In this document: positions 31,259 through 39,514 of the stretch, one piece after another
Numbering within the stretch: position 1 is the stretch's first letter
Layout of the letters: every line of letters begins with the position of its first letter
The notes under the pieces: generated by a model
What the model saw: the letters and a program-made list of their open reading frames with translations, nothing else
Told to the model about the DNA's origin: nothing
The model's database searches: none
Virus record (IMG/VR): IMGVR_UViG_3300030376_004742
Coordinates: 1 to 64,000 of that record
Source: a virus
Lineage: Duplodnaviria > Caudoviricetes
DNA length: 64,000 nt
Strand: one strand, 5' to 3'
Translations under genes and position numbers: made by a program

Positions 31259-31532
31259 CTTTTACAGCCTGTAACATAGCGTCACCTTGTGCAATAGTTT
31301 CTAGGTCTAATTCTTCCCCATCCGCTATTAACTCTAGGTTATTCTCATCGTCATAGGCTTTGAATATTTGTTTTAATTTAATTTCTTGTCTAGTTATATT
31401 CTGCATAAAACCTAACAAGCGCATACGTTCCTCCTCTTCTGAGCAAAAGGCAATGGCTTTTACACCATTGTCTTTCACTACAGTTAAGAAAATATCTAGT
31501 TCATTTAAGAACTCTTCCCTTTTATCTCCCAT
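31239..31532 (-). CDS. Hypothetical acidic protein
   Basis: 97 aa, overlaps its neighbours. Confidence 0.55.
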   Translation of the reverse strand: MGDKREEFLNELDIFLTVVKDNGVKAIAFCSEEEERMRLLGFMQNITRQEIKLKQIFKAYDDENNLELIADGEELDLETIAQGDAMLQAVKVDKTDG

Positions 31533-31534
31533 AT

Positions 31535-33040
31535 TTAATCTTCCTCTCTAATTACTATACAATCAGTTGTGAATATCATAGTGGCTGCGCCAATTGCATT
31601 CTTGATTGTTGATTTAATTACTAATGTTGGATCAATAATATCTAGTGTTGCTACACTCTTATTATGAGTAGACGTAGAAACAATGCCAGAGTTGCTTAAT
31701 ATTACGTTAACAATATCTGCTAAAGATTCTGATAAGATATCAGACCCTAAACTTTCTACTGTAGATAATTTACCTTCAGCTAGTTTTCCGTAAGTTAAAC
31801 CACCACCAGTTACAAATCCTTCTTCCATAGCACTACGTACTGCACGGATTGTATCATCAATTCTAGTTTTCTTTTCTCCAACTTCTGTTTCATTTGAACC
31901 TCCTACATAGATAACAGCTGCACCTGATGTAAAAAATGCTAGTCTCTTTTTATAGTTATCAACTAAACCTTCTTTATCAGTTGCAATCTTATCTTCATAA
32001 AATGCTACTCTCTTCTCAATCTCTTCTGCTTCTCCTAACCTTCCTATAATATTTGTTTCCTTTAAAGTCATCTCAACGCTTTCAGAACTACCACAATGTG
32101 TAGCTTGAAAGTCAGATACTTCCCAACCTGCTTGTTTACTTAATAGAGTTGCGCCTGTTACACAAGCTAAATCTATACACGCTTCTTTTCTTGCTTCTGC
32201 AATAAATGGAGCACGTATTACCTCTAAAGCAATTTTATACTTCTCTTTATTAAATGCTATTACTTCAGCGGCAGCTCCAGTTAAATCATTACAAATAATT
32301 AATAACGGAGTACCTAACTCTTCTTGTACAGCTAAAAGCTTTAATGCTTCTTCTGCTGTAGTAATGTCCATATCTAATACAGCAATTCTACAATCTTTAT
32401 GTCTAACATTAGATCTCCCATTAGCCAGTGAAGGAAGAATATGGGAACGGTCTAGTTTAATACCATCCGTTGCGTCCAATGTTGTTTCATAACTTCTGGA
32501 ATCAGCTACAGTTACGTGACCTCCTTCTCCTACGACTGTAAAAGCTTCAGTTACTAACTCTGCCATTTCCGAATCACCGTTACAAGCTACGAGGGCAATT
32601 GAATAAATGTTCTTATATCCAACGGGCGAACTTAACGTTTGAAGTTCTGCCAATACAATTGGCTCTACTGCAAGTAGTTCTTTTTTAAGTTGCATAGGTT
32701 GAACACCTGTTTCAATTAAATTAAATGCTCTCTCAACAAGACCTTTAGTTAATACAGTAGTACTAGTAGTACCATCACCTGCAACTTTAGCTGTCTCATT
32801 AGCTGCTTGATTTATTAATTGTGCTGCTACGTTTTTAGCAGGATCTTTTAATTTTATAAAACCTGCTACGGTAGCACCATCTTTAGTCACTGTTGGTACA
32901 TTGTACTTCATAGTGATTGCCACGTTTTTACCATAAGGTCCAAAAGTAGTGGAAACAGCATCAGCTGCTTCCTTACTACCTTCTAATAATTTGGCACGAA
33001 CCTCTTCTCCCTTTAGAATGGTTACAAAATCTCCTACCAT
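31535..33040 (-). CDS. groEL: Chaperonin GroEL (phage-encoded)
   Basis: TFGPYGKNV, VTKDGATVA, GDGTTSTT, VGGSNETEV.EKK.RIDD, GFVTGGG motifs. Confidence 0.93.
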   Translation of the reverse strand: MVGDFVTILKGEEVRAKLLEGSKEAADAVSTTFGPYGKNVAITMKYNVPTVTKDGATVAGFIKLKDPAKNVAAQLINQAANETAKVAGDGTTSTTVLTKGLVERAFNLIETGVQPMQLKKELLAVEPIVLAELQTLSSPVGYKNIYSIALVACNGDSEMAELVTEAFTVVGEGGHVTVADSRSYETTLDATDGIKLDRSHILPSLANGRSNVRHKDCRIAVLDMDITTAEEALKLLAVQEELGTPLLIICNDLTGAAAEVIAFNKEKYKIALEVIRAPFIAEARKEACIDLACVTGATLLSKQAGWEVSDFQATHCGSSESVEMTLKETNIIGRLGEAEEIEKRVAFYEDKIATDKEGLVDNYKKRLAFFTSGAAVIYVGGSNETEVGEKKTRIDDTIRAVRSAMEEGFVTGGGLTYGKLAEGKLSTVESLGSDILSESLADIVNVILSNSGIVSTSTHNKSVATLDIIDPTLVIKSTIKNAIGAATMIFTTDCIVIREED

Positions 33041-33351
33041 TTCCCTTTAAAAGTTCTTTCATTAACTATTAAGTACTCTCCATCTGGAGTAACAGTTGCA
33101 CCTTTCATAGACTCAGGAGTCCCTAGTGCAATATCACCTGCTTTAAACCTTGTACAGTCATCAGCGACAGCGATTATCTCAATCTCTCCCCACATTTTTG
33201 CAAGTACTGTTCCTAAAAATGCTTCCTTTTCTTTATTAGGAAGTTTTGATGCCTCAGCATCTATAGCTTTACCTTTTTCTTTTGTTGCTGGGTTAGCTAT
33301 TACTACATCTCCCCCAAATACTGTTGGGTAACCTGTTTTAATCTCAGTCAT
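33034..33351 (-). CDS. groES: Divergent co-chaperonin GroES-like protein
   Basis: 105 aa directly upstream of and overlapping groEL; GDVVI...EIIAVAD...KAGDI...DGEYLIVNER pattern. Confidence 0.7.
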   Translation of the reverse strand: MTEIKTGYPTVFGGDVVIANPATKEKGKAIDAEASKLPNKEKEAFLGTVLAKMWGEIEIIAVADDCTRFKAGDIALGTPESMKGATVTPDGEYLIVNERTFKGKW

Positions 33352-33356
33352 AACGT

Positions 33357-33602
33357 TTACTTTTTGTTTTGTTTAGCAGTCCTCACTGCATGTAATTTAT
33401 TAATTTTACCTGGTTTTGCTACCAGGAGGCCAATATGGCGCAGTCGTACATTTAAGAACGTAGCAGGATCTCCGGATTCACCTTTTTTCATCGCTTCCCT
33501 AGCGCACTGGAATTGGGATTCCACTATAGCTTTTGCTACATACTCCGGTATGTTAGATTCCTTAGCTACGTTCTTAATGATATTTTCAACTCTTTTTTGC
33601 AT
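33357..33602 (-). CDS. HU/IHF-like DNA-binding protein
   Basis: 81 aa basic; IIKNVAKESNIP...AKAIVES.F helices followed by NVRLRHIGLL strand. Confidence 0.65.
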   Translation of the reverse strand: MQKRVENIIKNVAKESNIPEYVAKAIVESQFQCAREAMKKGESGDPATFLNVRLRHIGLLVAKPGKINKLHAVRTAKQNKK

Positions 33603-33610
33603 TCTCCTAT

Positions 33611-33724
33611 TTATTTACCAGCCTTAATGTCTTTCTTGGCTGCTTTTTCTGCCTTCTTAATTTCCTTGATCTCTTCTTCACTGAAGCCCAATTCAATTAA
33701 TTCATACTCTTCTTTTTTTGTCAT
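33611..33724 (-). CDS. Small charged peptide (37 aa, MTKKEEYELIELGFSEEE...)
   Basis: Hand-translated ORF filling the gap between neighbours. Confidence 0.4.
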   Translation of the reverse strand: MTKKEEYELIELGFSEEEIKEIKKAEKAAKKDIKAGK

Positions 33725-33757
33725 TGCCTTAATTCGGTTAAAGTGTTTTACATTTGA

Positions 33758-34123
33758 TTAACTAACTTTAAAGATGAAGGACAAATCCAATTCCTGGTCA
33801 CTAAGATCTAATTGATACACTTTAGGAATCATATTTCCTTCTTTCAGTATCTCTTTCTTTCTTAGCGAGCTGATAGCGTTTCTAAGAATTGCTTGACTCA
33901 TATTGAGTTGCTCTGCAATCTCTTCTCTACTATTACTGTTCAATACTAAAGCGATTCTATCTCTTACATTTGATATGTCACGCTTTTGGTAATAACGGTA
34001 AAGAATCTCAGCAAACACATCAGCCTCCCTTGGCCGTAGGCCTTTTAGGAATGGTCTGATTAATTCCACATATGCGCGGAATATCTCCCTTTCACCTTTA
34101 TTAATTCTAAATTCTTTTCTCAT
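33758..34123 (-). CDS. Winged helix-turn-helix DNA-binding protein
   Basis: SREEIAEQLNMSQAILRNAISSLRKKEIL HTH. Confidence 0.75.
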   Translation of the reverse strand: MRKEFRINKGEREIFRAYVELIRPFLKGLRPREADVFAEILYRYYQKRDISNVRDRIALVLNSNSREEIAEQLNMSQAILRNAISSLRKKEILKEGNMIPKVYQLDLSDQELDLSFIFKVS

Positions 34124-34161
34124 TATTATAATTTATTATTAATAATTTTGTTTACATATTA

Positions 34162-34192
34162 CAAAGATAATAATAATTTTCATTTTAACAAA
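34162..34192 (-). promoter_or_regulatory. Full -33/-7 Bacteroidota promoter (TTTG-N19-TATCTTTG)
   Basis: caaagata 34162-34169 and caaa 34189-34192 on plus strand, upstream of ATG 34123. Confidence 0.7.
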
Positions 34193-34287
34193 TAATTAAT
34201 TACATTATTTTAGTAAAAAATACAAAAAAAGACCAGATAACTACACTATTTCAGCAATTATCTGATCTATGTCATGTTTCTTACTCT

Positions 34288-34383
34288 TTATGACTTGAAG
34301 ATTTTGCTAAATACAGCTGGAAATACTAAAGTACCAACTACACCACAAAGTGCTCCAAGAAATAATCCTGTTAAAAATCCCAT
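34288..34383 (-). CDS. 31-aa single-pass membrane peptide (MGFLTGLFLGALCGVVGTLVFPAVFSKIFKS)
   Basis: Hand-translated; has its own TATCTTTG box at 34411-34418. Confidence 0.55.
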   Translation of the reverse strand: MGFLTGLFLGALCGVVGTLVFPAVFSKIFKS

Positions 34384-34410
34384 ATTAATTCTTTTTTATT
34401 GTTATTGTTA

Positions 34411-34418
34411 CAAAGATA
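34411..34418 (-). promoter_or_regulatory. -7 box TATCTTTG
   Basis: ttacaaagata, 28 nt upstream of ATG 34383. Confidence 0.65.
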
Positions 34419-34826
34419 CGTAATTTATTCCATTATAAAAAATTTTTGGACAAAAAAATGCGTAAATTTTTCACTGTTTAGTGTACTTTGTTATAATATT
34501 GATTGTTATTATTGATTTATAGGATGTAATCCTATTAGGATCTATTTACTGGCTATAAGGTTCTTAGTAGGAACTAGAACTAATGTGGTAATAAGGTGTT
34601 ACTAACATGAGCCTATAAAAAAAGAAACAAACTTTCTCTCCCTATGTTTTTTTGTTTGAAAATCTACCAATAAAAAACTGCTGACATTTCATCACCAGAG
34701 AAACTTGAACCATACCTTCATAACAAGTTATCTTTTGTTCTGTACCTTTAAAAAGGTATTTACCTGATCCAAGTAACTTCCGACTTTTATTAGGTGTTAC
34801 AAGTGTATTGAATTACTCAACTGTTA

Positions 34827-34834
34827 CAAAGATA
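34827..34834 (-). promoter_or_regulatory. -7 box TATCTTTG with no obvious downstream ORF
   Basis: ttacaaagata in a non-coding stretch. Confidence 0.5.
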
Positions 34835-34874
34835 GTAAATTTCTTCGCTTAATACAAGCTTTTTTAAAAAAAAC

Positions 34875-35075
34875 TTACAAAAAGTTCACAATTTCCTTAT
34901 CTCTGGAGAGTTCTACTGCTTGGACAATGAAGATTTGAGACTCTGCTGCTACTTCATATTGTACATTGTCTCCACTAATTACATGTCTAGTTACTAATCT
35001 AGGTTGTTGATTAGGATCTGTTTTTAGATAGACTATGTCACCGTGCAAAAACTCTGCCTCATATGTTAATGTCAT
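34875..35075 (-). CDS. Small SH3/KOW-like hypothetical protein
   Basis: 66 aa; GDIVYLKTDP...RLVT...YEV pattern; TAACTTTG box at 35120-35127. Confidence 0.6.
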   Translation of the reverse strand: MTLTYEAEFLHGDIVYLKTDPNQQPRLVTRHVISGDNVQYEVAAESQIFIVQAVELSRDKEIVNFL

Positions 35076-35119
35076 AAGATTGGGGTATTAGTTTCTACTT
35101 TTATACTTATTGACTTGTA

Positions 35120-35127
35120 CAAAGTTA
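35120..35127 (-). promoter_or_regulatory. -7 box TAACTTTG
   Basis: gtacaaagtta, 45 nt upstream of ATG 35075. Confidence 0.6.
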
Positions 35128-35309
35128 AGTAATTTTCAGGATTATTCAAAGGGAAAAAAGAAAAAAGTAGTTAAAGGTGTAAAAAAGGAATTTAAAAAGT
35201 AGGTACACTTACATAACTAAAAGATAAAACTAATGGTAAAATTTTTTTTGGAATTTTTTTTGATCTGCGTATTTGCTTTTATGTCATAACTATAATAAAA
35301 AGCCACCCC

Positions 35310-35900
35310 ATCATGAGTATGGGTGAATAGCCCCGTGTGTAAAATTAAATCGCTCTCAGTTAAGTCAAGTAGATTTAGTTAGCAGTTTAGTCTGTAATTA
35401 TGCACGTGATATCTAGTGTCCGCTGCCCTCTTGACGGTACGTTGCAGCCGTTCTAGTTATCATTTTTTGTACCATATTAAACTATTCAGGTACTATTTAT
35501 TCAGAACAGGTAATCAGGTGTACTTGTGAGTAGTAGCTTTGACTACACGGTGTGATACAAACTCTCACCTGTTCTATTTTAAATGTGTTCGTGACGCCCA
35601 TCACGTGTAAAGTTGTTTGAGAGTGCAACACACATTAGACATTGTGTATTTATAGTATGTAGGGTACCAAGAATGAAATAGTTCTTGGATGCAAACTATG
35701 AATACATATTTTTTCATCAATTAATTTGTTTTTAGTGTGTAAAATTTATCAGGAATAACTAAGATAATTCAGTACACACTGTGTTTTTATTTAATATTTA
35801 CCAAGATAGTTCTCAGACGTTGTGAAATATATGTGCTGACGACTATCTTGTGTATTTATTATGAGATTTGTTGTGCGTTTGTGAAAGAATGTGCTAACAA
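35310..35900. other. Non-coding strand-switch region rich in inverted repeats (candidate origin, terminus or early promoter zone)
   Basis: Genes diverge on either side; hairpins at about 35408-35462, 35503-35574, 35584-35631, 35667-35688 and 35802-35850. Confidence 0.5.
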
Positions 35901-35978
35901 CTATCTCCCCTTATTTTGTATTTTCAGATACTCATTCATCACAGTATCATTATTATTATATAACTAAAACCTTGTATT

Positions 35979-36161
35979 ATGTTTAAATTTACTTGGGCTA
36001 CTTTGTTAGCTTTACTTATGACTTTATGTTGCGCTGCATTATGGATATGTGGATACGTAACAGAGGAACTTAATGATGCTGCTATGAATATGCTAGTATT
36101 ATTCTTCTTTGGATTGTTAGGCATTACTGCTCTATCAACATTACCTGAAGATAAGTTTTAA
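35979..36161 (+). CDS. Early two-TM membrane peptide
   Basis: 60 aa with two hydrophobic helices. Confidence 0.6.
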   Translation: MFKFTWATLLALLMTLCCAALWICGYVTEELNDAAMNMLVLFFFGLLGITALSTLPEDKF

Positions 36162-36251
36162 CTTACTACCTGAACATGTGTTTAAACTGTTCAATTTTTT
36201 GTTTATTTATTTATTAATTTAATTAAGTCTTTAGGAGAGACACGATTGCTT

Positions 36252-36704
36252 ATGGCAAATTTAACTAAAAAAGATGCGTTGAACATATTAGGTTCTCGCT
36301 CACCGATTACTGAACCTGGTAAATACGTTGCAACTGTTACTAACTGTGGCGATTTCCATAGAGAACTTGCAAATGGAGGTTCTGTTGTAGCTATTGCTAA
36401 CTTCAATGCTATGACTTCTTACCATATGAGTGAGGCAAAGAAAGCCTTAACTGCAGGAGATTTAAATAAAGCTCTTAACTTTGGTCTTTCATTATCTATT
36501 AGAGATACTGATTACAGACCTGCGAAGAAAGAACGTGTACACATTGATGTTGAATACGTTACTACTAAAGCAGGAGAACAAGCACTTATGGTTGTTGGAT
36601 TAACTCCAATTGCTGCTAAGTCTATTTCTACTAAATGTGATTTCTCAGAATTCTTAACTGATGCTGAAGAGATTACTAATGAGGCTGAAGAGCAATTAAA
36701 CTAA
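36252..36704 (+). CDS. Highly expressed early protein, OB-fold/SSB-like with acidic tail
   Basis: ATG at 36252; beta-rich core, acidic C-terminus DAEEITNEAEEQLN; optimised codons; strong terminator after. Confidence 0.5.
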   Translation: MANLTKKDALNILGSRSPITEPGKYVATVTNCGDFHRELANGGSVVAIANFNAMTSYHMSEAKKALTAGDLNKALNFGLSLSIRDTDYRPAKKERVHIDVEYVTTKAGEQALMVVGLTPIAAKSISTKCDFSEFLTDAEEITNEAEEQLN

Positions 36705-36714
36705 TTTAAGTTTT

Positions 36715-36746
36715 GAGGGAGGTACTAATGTGCTTCCCTCTTTTTT
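36715..36746 (+). terminator. Intrinsic terminator
   Basis: GAGGGAGGUAC-UAAU-GUGCUUCCCUC-UUUUUU. Confidence 0.85.
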
Positions 36747-36831
36747 CTAACTCGTTTTACTTTATATGAATCGTCAGATGATCTCATACTGATACTGCAT
36801 AATAAGACAGTAAGACACAACATCATTATCT

Positions 36832-36951
36832 ATGGAGATTTCAGATATCCAAGAACCTGGAGCAGTATTCTTTTCTGCTTTGTATAAGATAGCAATCTTT
36901 GGATTCGTTGTCTTCGTAGCGTGGAATGTTCTACGTAAAAAAGAAATGTAA
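36832..36951 (+). CDS. 39-aa single-TM peptide
   Basis: Hand-translated MEISDIQEPGAVFFSALYKIAIFGFVVFVAWNVLRKKEM. Confidence 0.5.
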   Translation: MEISDIQEPGAVFFSALYKIAIFGFVVFVAWNVLRKKEM

Positions 36952-36976
36952 TTATTAACCTTTTAATATCATCACA

Positions 36977-37141
36977 ATGAAAAAGTACTTCACATTTGTA
37001 AACTTCTTTAGAACGTTGCTTATCTTGAGTCTTGTATTAACTGTTTTCTACCTTAGAGTAGGAGACCCGTATTCTGCTATAATGTCTATCATTTGTGCAG
37101 TAGCGGCAGGTAGTGTAGTACTAGATATTTCTAAATCCTAA
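36977..37141 (+). CDS. 54-aa two-TM peptide
   Basis: Hand-translated MKKYFTFVNFFRTLLILSLVLTVFYLRVGDPYSAIMSIICAVAAGSVVLDISKS. Confidence 0.55.
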   Translation: MKKYFTFVNFFRTLLILSLVLTVFYLRVGDPYSAIMSIICAVAAGSVVLDISKS

Positions 37142-37159
37142 GCTTATGTTTATAGAATC

Positions 37160-37268
37160 AAATGGTTGTGTTACACCTCAAGAGTATGTAACAAACCCAA
37201 ACTCGTAATTAAAATGGTTGTGTTACTTACCACGCCTAACATCGTACCTCAAGAGTATGTAACAAACC
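37160..37268 (+). repeat. Tandem duplication of a 38-nt hairpin-forming unit; second copy has a 19-nt insertion
   Basis: aaatggttgtgttac at 37160 and 37212; acctcaagagtatgtaacaaacc at 37175 and 37246. Confidence 0.85.
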
Positions 37269-37314
37269 ATTGTAAACCATTGACGTAAAGTCTTTGGTTT
37301 TTTGTGCGAAAAGC

Positions 37315-37457
37315 TGAGAATGGAAAGTAAAGCTGCCGCAGTTATGTATTATGCTGCCGCATCTAATTATTCTTCCAGCCGCACCTCATCATCATATCAT
37401 TAGCAGTAAAGATGAGAATGGAAAGTAGACGCATCTTAGTCTCTTCCTGACGCATCT
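37315..37457 (+). repeat. Cluster of short direct repeats
   Basis: tgagaatggaaagta at 37315 and 37413; gctgccgca at 37332 and 37353 (gccgca at 37378); gacgcatct at 37428 and 37449. Confidence 0.8.
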
Positions 37458-37490
37458 CTGTATTATAATATAAACCACATATAAAATATA

Positions 37491-37742
37491 ATGAAACATG
37501 AACAAGCACTACAATCAACTGTAGCTAAGTTTACCGATAAAGATGGTAAAGTAGTTGCTGGTGTGCGTAGTATTATTAACTTCTATCTTAATCTATTAGA
37601 TGAGACTGACTCGTCATTGAGCAATCGTCCGTCAATAGATAGAGATGTATTAAAAAGATTTAAAGAATCAAGTATTAAACATGAACTCAAGTATCTTAGT
37701 CAGTTGCAAAACTGGAGTGATAAAAAGGGTTACAAAAAATAA
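37491..37742 (+). CDS. Early hypothetical protein
   Basis: 83 aa with AT-rich leader. Confidence 0.6.
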   Translation: MKHEQALQSTVAKFTDKDGKVVAGVRSIINFYLNLLDETDSSLSNRPSIDRDVLKRFKESSIKHELKYLSQLQNWSDKKGYKK

Positions 37743-37749
37743 CATATAC

Positions 37750-37980
37750 ATGAAGAACAAACAACTTTTTAATTGGGCTATCTATGGATTATTCATACTG
37801 TTTGCAGTAGGATCTTATTTCGTAATTAAAAGCCAAAGCAGATGTGACTACAGCATCACAATTGATCACAACAATATCTTAGTAGATACTAAAGATGGTG
37901 ATCACTATGTCTTAAATGTATTAGATGCGTCAATAGACCAAATAATATTTGATGACATCGCAGAACGTGACTCGTTGTAG
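37750..37980 (+). CDS. Early single-TM protein
   Basis: Likely start MKNKQLFNW at 37750; TM AIYGLFILFAVGSYFVI. Confidence 0.6.
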   Translation: MKNKQLFNWAIYGLFILFAVGSYFVIKSQSRCDYSITIDHNNILVDTKDGDHYVLNVLDASIDQIIFDDIAERDSL

Positions 37981-38125
37981 GCAACAGAAACATTTTTATA
38001 ACGTATTATATGTAACAGGTGGACCGTAAAAGGGAGCAAGCTTGTTACAATATACAAACCACTAAAAAGAGTACCTAACCTAACCACTATTTATTAACTA
38101 TTTATTTATTATTAAAATCAAAAAA

Positions 38126-38713
38126 ATGAAATCAAACATTTTCAAATTTATCGTTGCACTAGGTGCAGCAATCGCGTGCTTATTTCTTGCGTCATGTAAC
38201 AAAGAAGAAATTAAACCTAATCCACTGACTGAATCGTCTAAGGCAGCAGAGAAAAACGTAGATACCCTAGCGTTTTTAAGTGGCCAATGGTATATCAATG
38301 AATTAACGAACGTAGGTCTGAATGATTTAGAATTAGATTACCTTAACATTAACACTGATGTACCAGCATATGCAGATAGTATGCCTAATCCATCAAATGT
38401 TGTAATTGAATTTTCATTGCAAGCTGCACCACTTCCTAGTTGGTTTATAGTAACTAACAACGGAACTCAAAGTATAGCAACTATTACTGACTTAACAATT
38501 GTACCTGGTACAGATCCTTATGCTTTTGTTTATGAAATAACTTTACAATTAGGTAATGGCGATGTAAAAGATCTTGTTGTTGAAGTAACACATCAAAATA
38601 ATTCATCTTTAGCAGATGATATGATCGTAATTGGAGCGGTAACAGATCTTAATCCTTCTTGGGGTGCTAATGCAACAGCTTGGCAACAAATCAGAGGACT
38701 AAGAATAAACTAA
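38126..38713 (+). CDS. Early lipoprotein (signal peptidase II substrate)
   Basis: MKSNIFKFIVALGAAIACLFLAS-C lipobox followed by NKEE. Confidence 0.75.
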   Translation: MKSNIFKFIVALGAAIACLFLASCNKEEIKPNPLTESSKAAEKNVDTLAFLSGQWYINELTNVGLNDLELDYLNINTDVPAYADSMPNPSNVVIEFSLQAAPLPSWFIVTNNGTQSIATITDLTIVPGTDPYAFVYEITLQLGNGDVKDLVVEVTHQNNSSLADDMIVIGAVTDLNPSWGANATAWQQIRGLRIN

Positions 38714-38722
38714 TAACTTATT

Positions 38723-38753
38723 AAAGGGAATGCTAATGTGTTCCCTTTTTTTT
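38723..38753 (+). terminator. Intrinsic terminator
   Basis: AAAGGGAAUGC-UAAU-GUGUUCCCUUUUUUUU; same C-UAAU-G loop as the 36715 terminator. Confidence 0.85.
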
Positions 38754-38774
38754 CAAAACCCAAAAACTAGAAAA

Positions 38775-38942
38775 ATGCCATTATTTAAAGTAGTAGCACT
38801 TAACAAGAAAGGAAGATACTGCAGAGATAAAGTCGTAGCTAATTCAGTAGAAGAGGCTAAGATGGAATTTATGCGTAGAAATCCGCATTATGAGAAACAG
38901 CTTAAAGCGTTTGAACAAAAACCATTATCAATTAACAAATGA
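38775..38942 (+). CDS. Small basic early protein
   Basis: Likely start MPLFKVVA at 38775 (the track start lies inside the terminator). Confidence 0.55.
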   Translation: MPLFKVVALNKKGRYCRDKVVANSVEEAKMEFMRRNPHYEKQLKAFEQKPLSINK

Positions 38943-39046
38943 TATTAACAATCAGTTTAGTAACAGTTTGCATACTAGGTATGTTTTGTGAAATGATAAA
39001 CAAGTAACAGCTCATAATATTTATTAACCTCATAATCTATTTATTT

Positions 39047-39259
39047 ATGAAAAATTTATTTATTATTATTGCAATCAGTATTACAGGAACATGTTTTGGA
39101 CTTACAACAGAAACATTAACAGTCAACAAAATAACAAAGAGTACTGACGTTACTTCCCTTACAGAAGGGGATTACAAAAGAAGAAAAAAGAGAAGAAGAA
39201 AAAAGAATAAAGGATGTTTTAACTCACGAAGAAAGTGGGATAAGAAATACTATATGTAA
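39047..39259 (+). CDS. Secreted/membrane peptide with polybasic tail
   Basis: Signal-like N-terminus; KRRKKRRRKKNKGC. Confidence 0.55.
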   Translation: MKNLFIIIAISITGTCFGLTTETLTVNKITKSTDVTSLTEGDYKRRKKRRRKKNKGCFNSRRKWDKKYYM

Positions 39260-39514
39260 GATTCTTCCAACTAATTACAGGATAAACCGATGTCCTTGTA
39301 CTTTACATCAGGACGCATTGAAGAAATGTTAGTCCTATTTGTATTTGCACAATAATGATAGGGGAATACATAACCTTATCCAGAGATCCCTTTGAACAGC
39401 GCATGTTCTTAAAGATATATGAATTAACATATGAGAGGTATATGAGAGGGATTCATCTCTGAGGAGCTACCAGCATGACCAATGAAACCTTTGGTGCTAA
39501 TTTAACAAAATTAT

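Noticed and set aside
8068-33761. Other plus-strand ORFs within the late arm (e.g. 8068, 8604, 9629, 10804, 11308, 11880, 13042, 19312, 21173, 24785, 25800, 26072, 29809, 31360, 33364, 33513) and alternate-frame 23695-23922
   Set aside because: They overlap well-supported genes in antisense or alternate frames
39460-39490. CUGAGGA...GAAAC resembling a hammerhead ribozyme core
   Set aside because: The segment between CUGAGGA and GAAA cannot form stem II with the required closing pair
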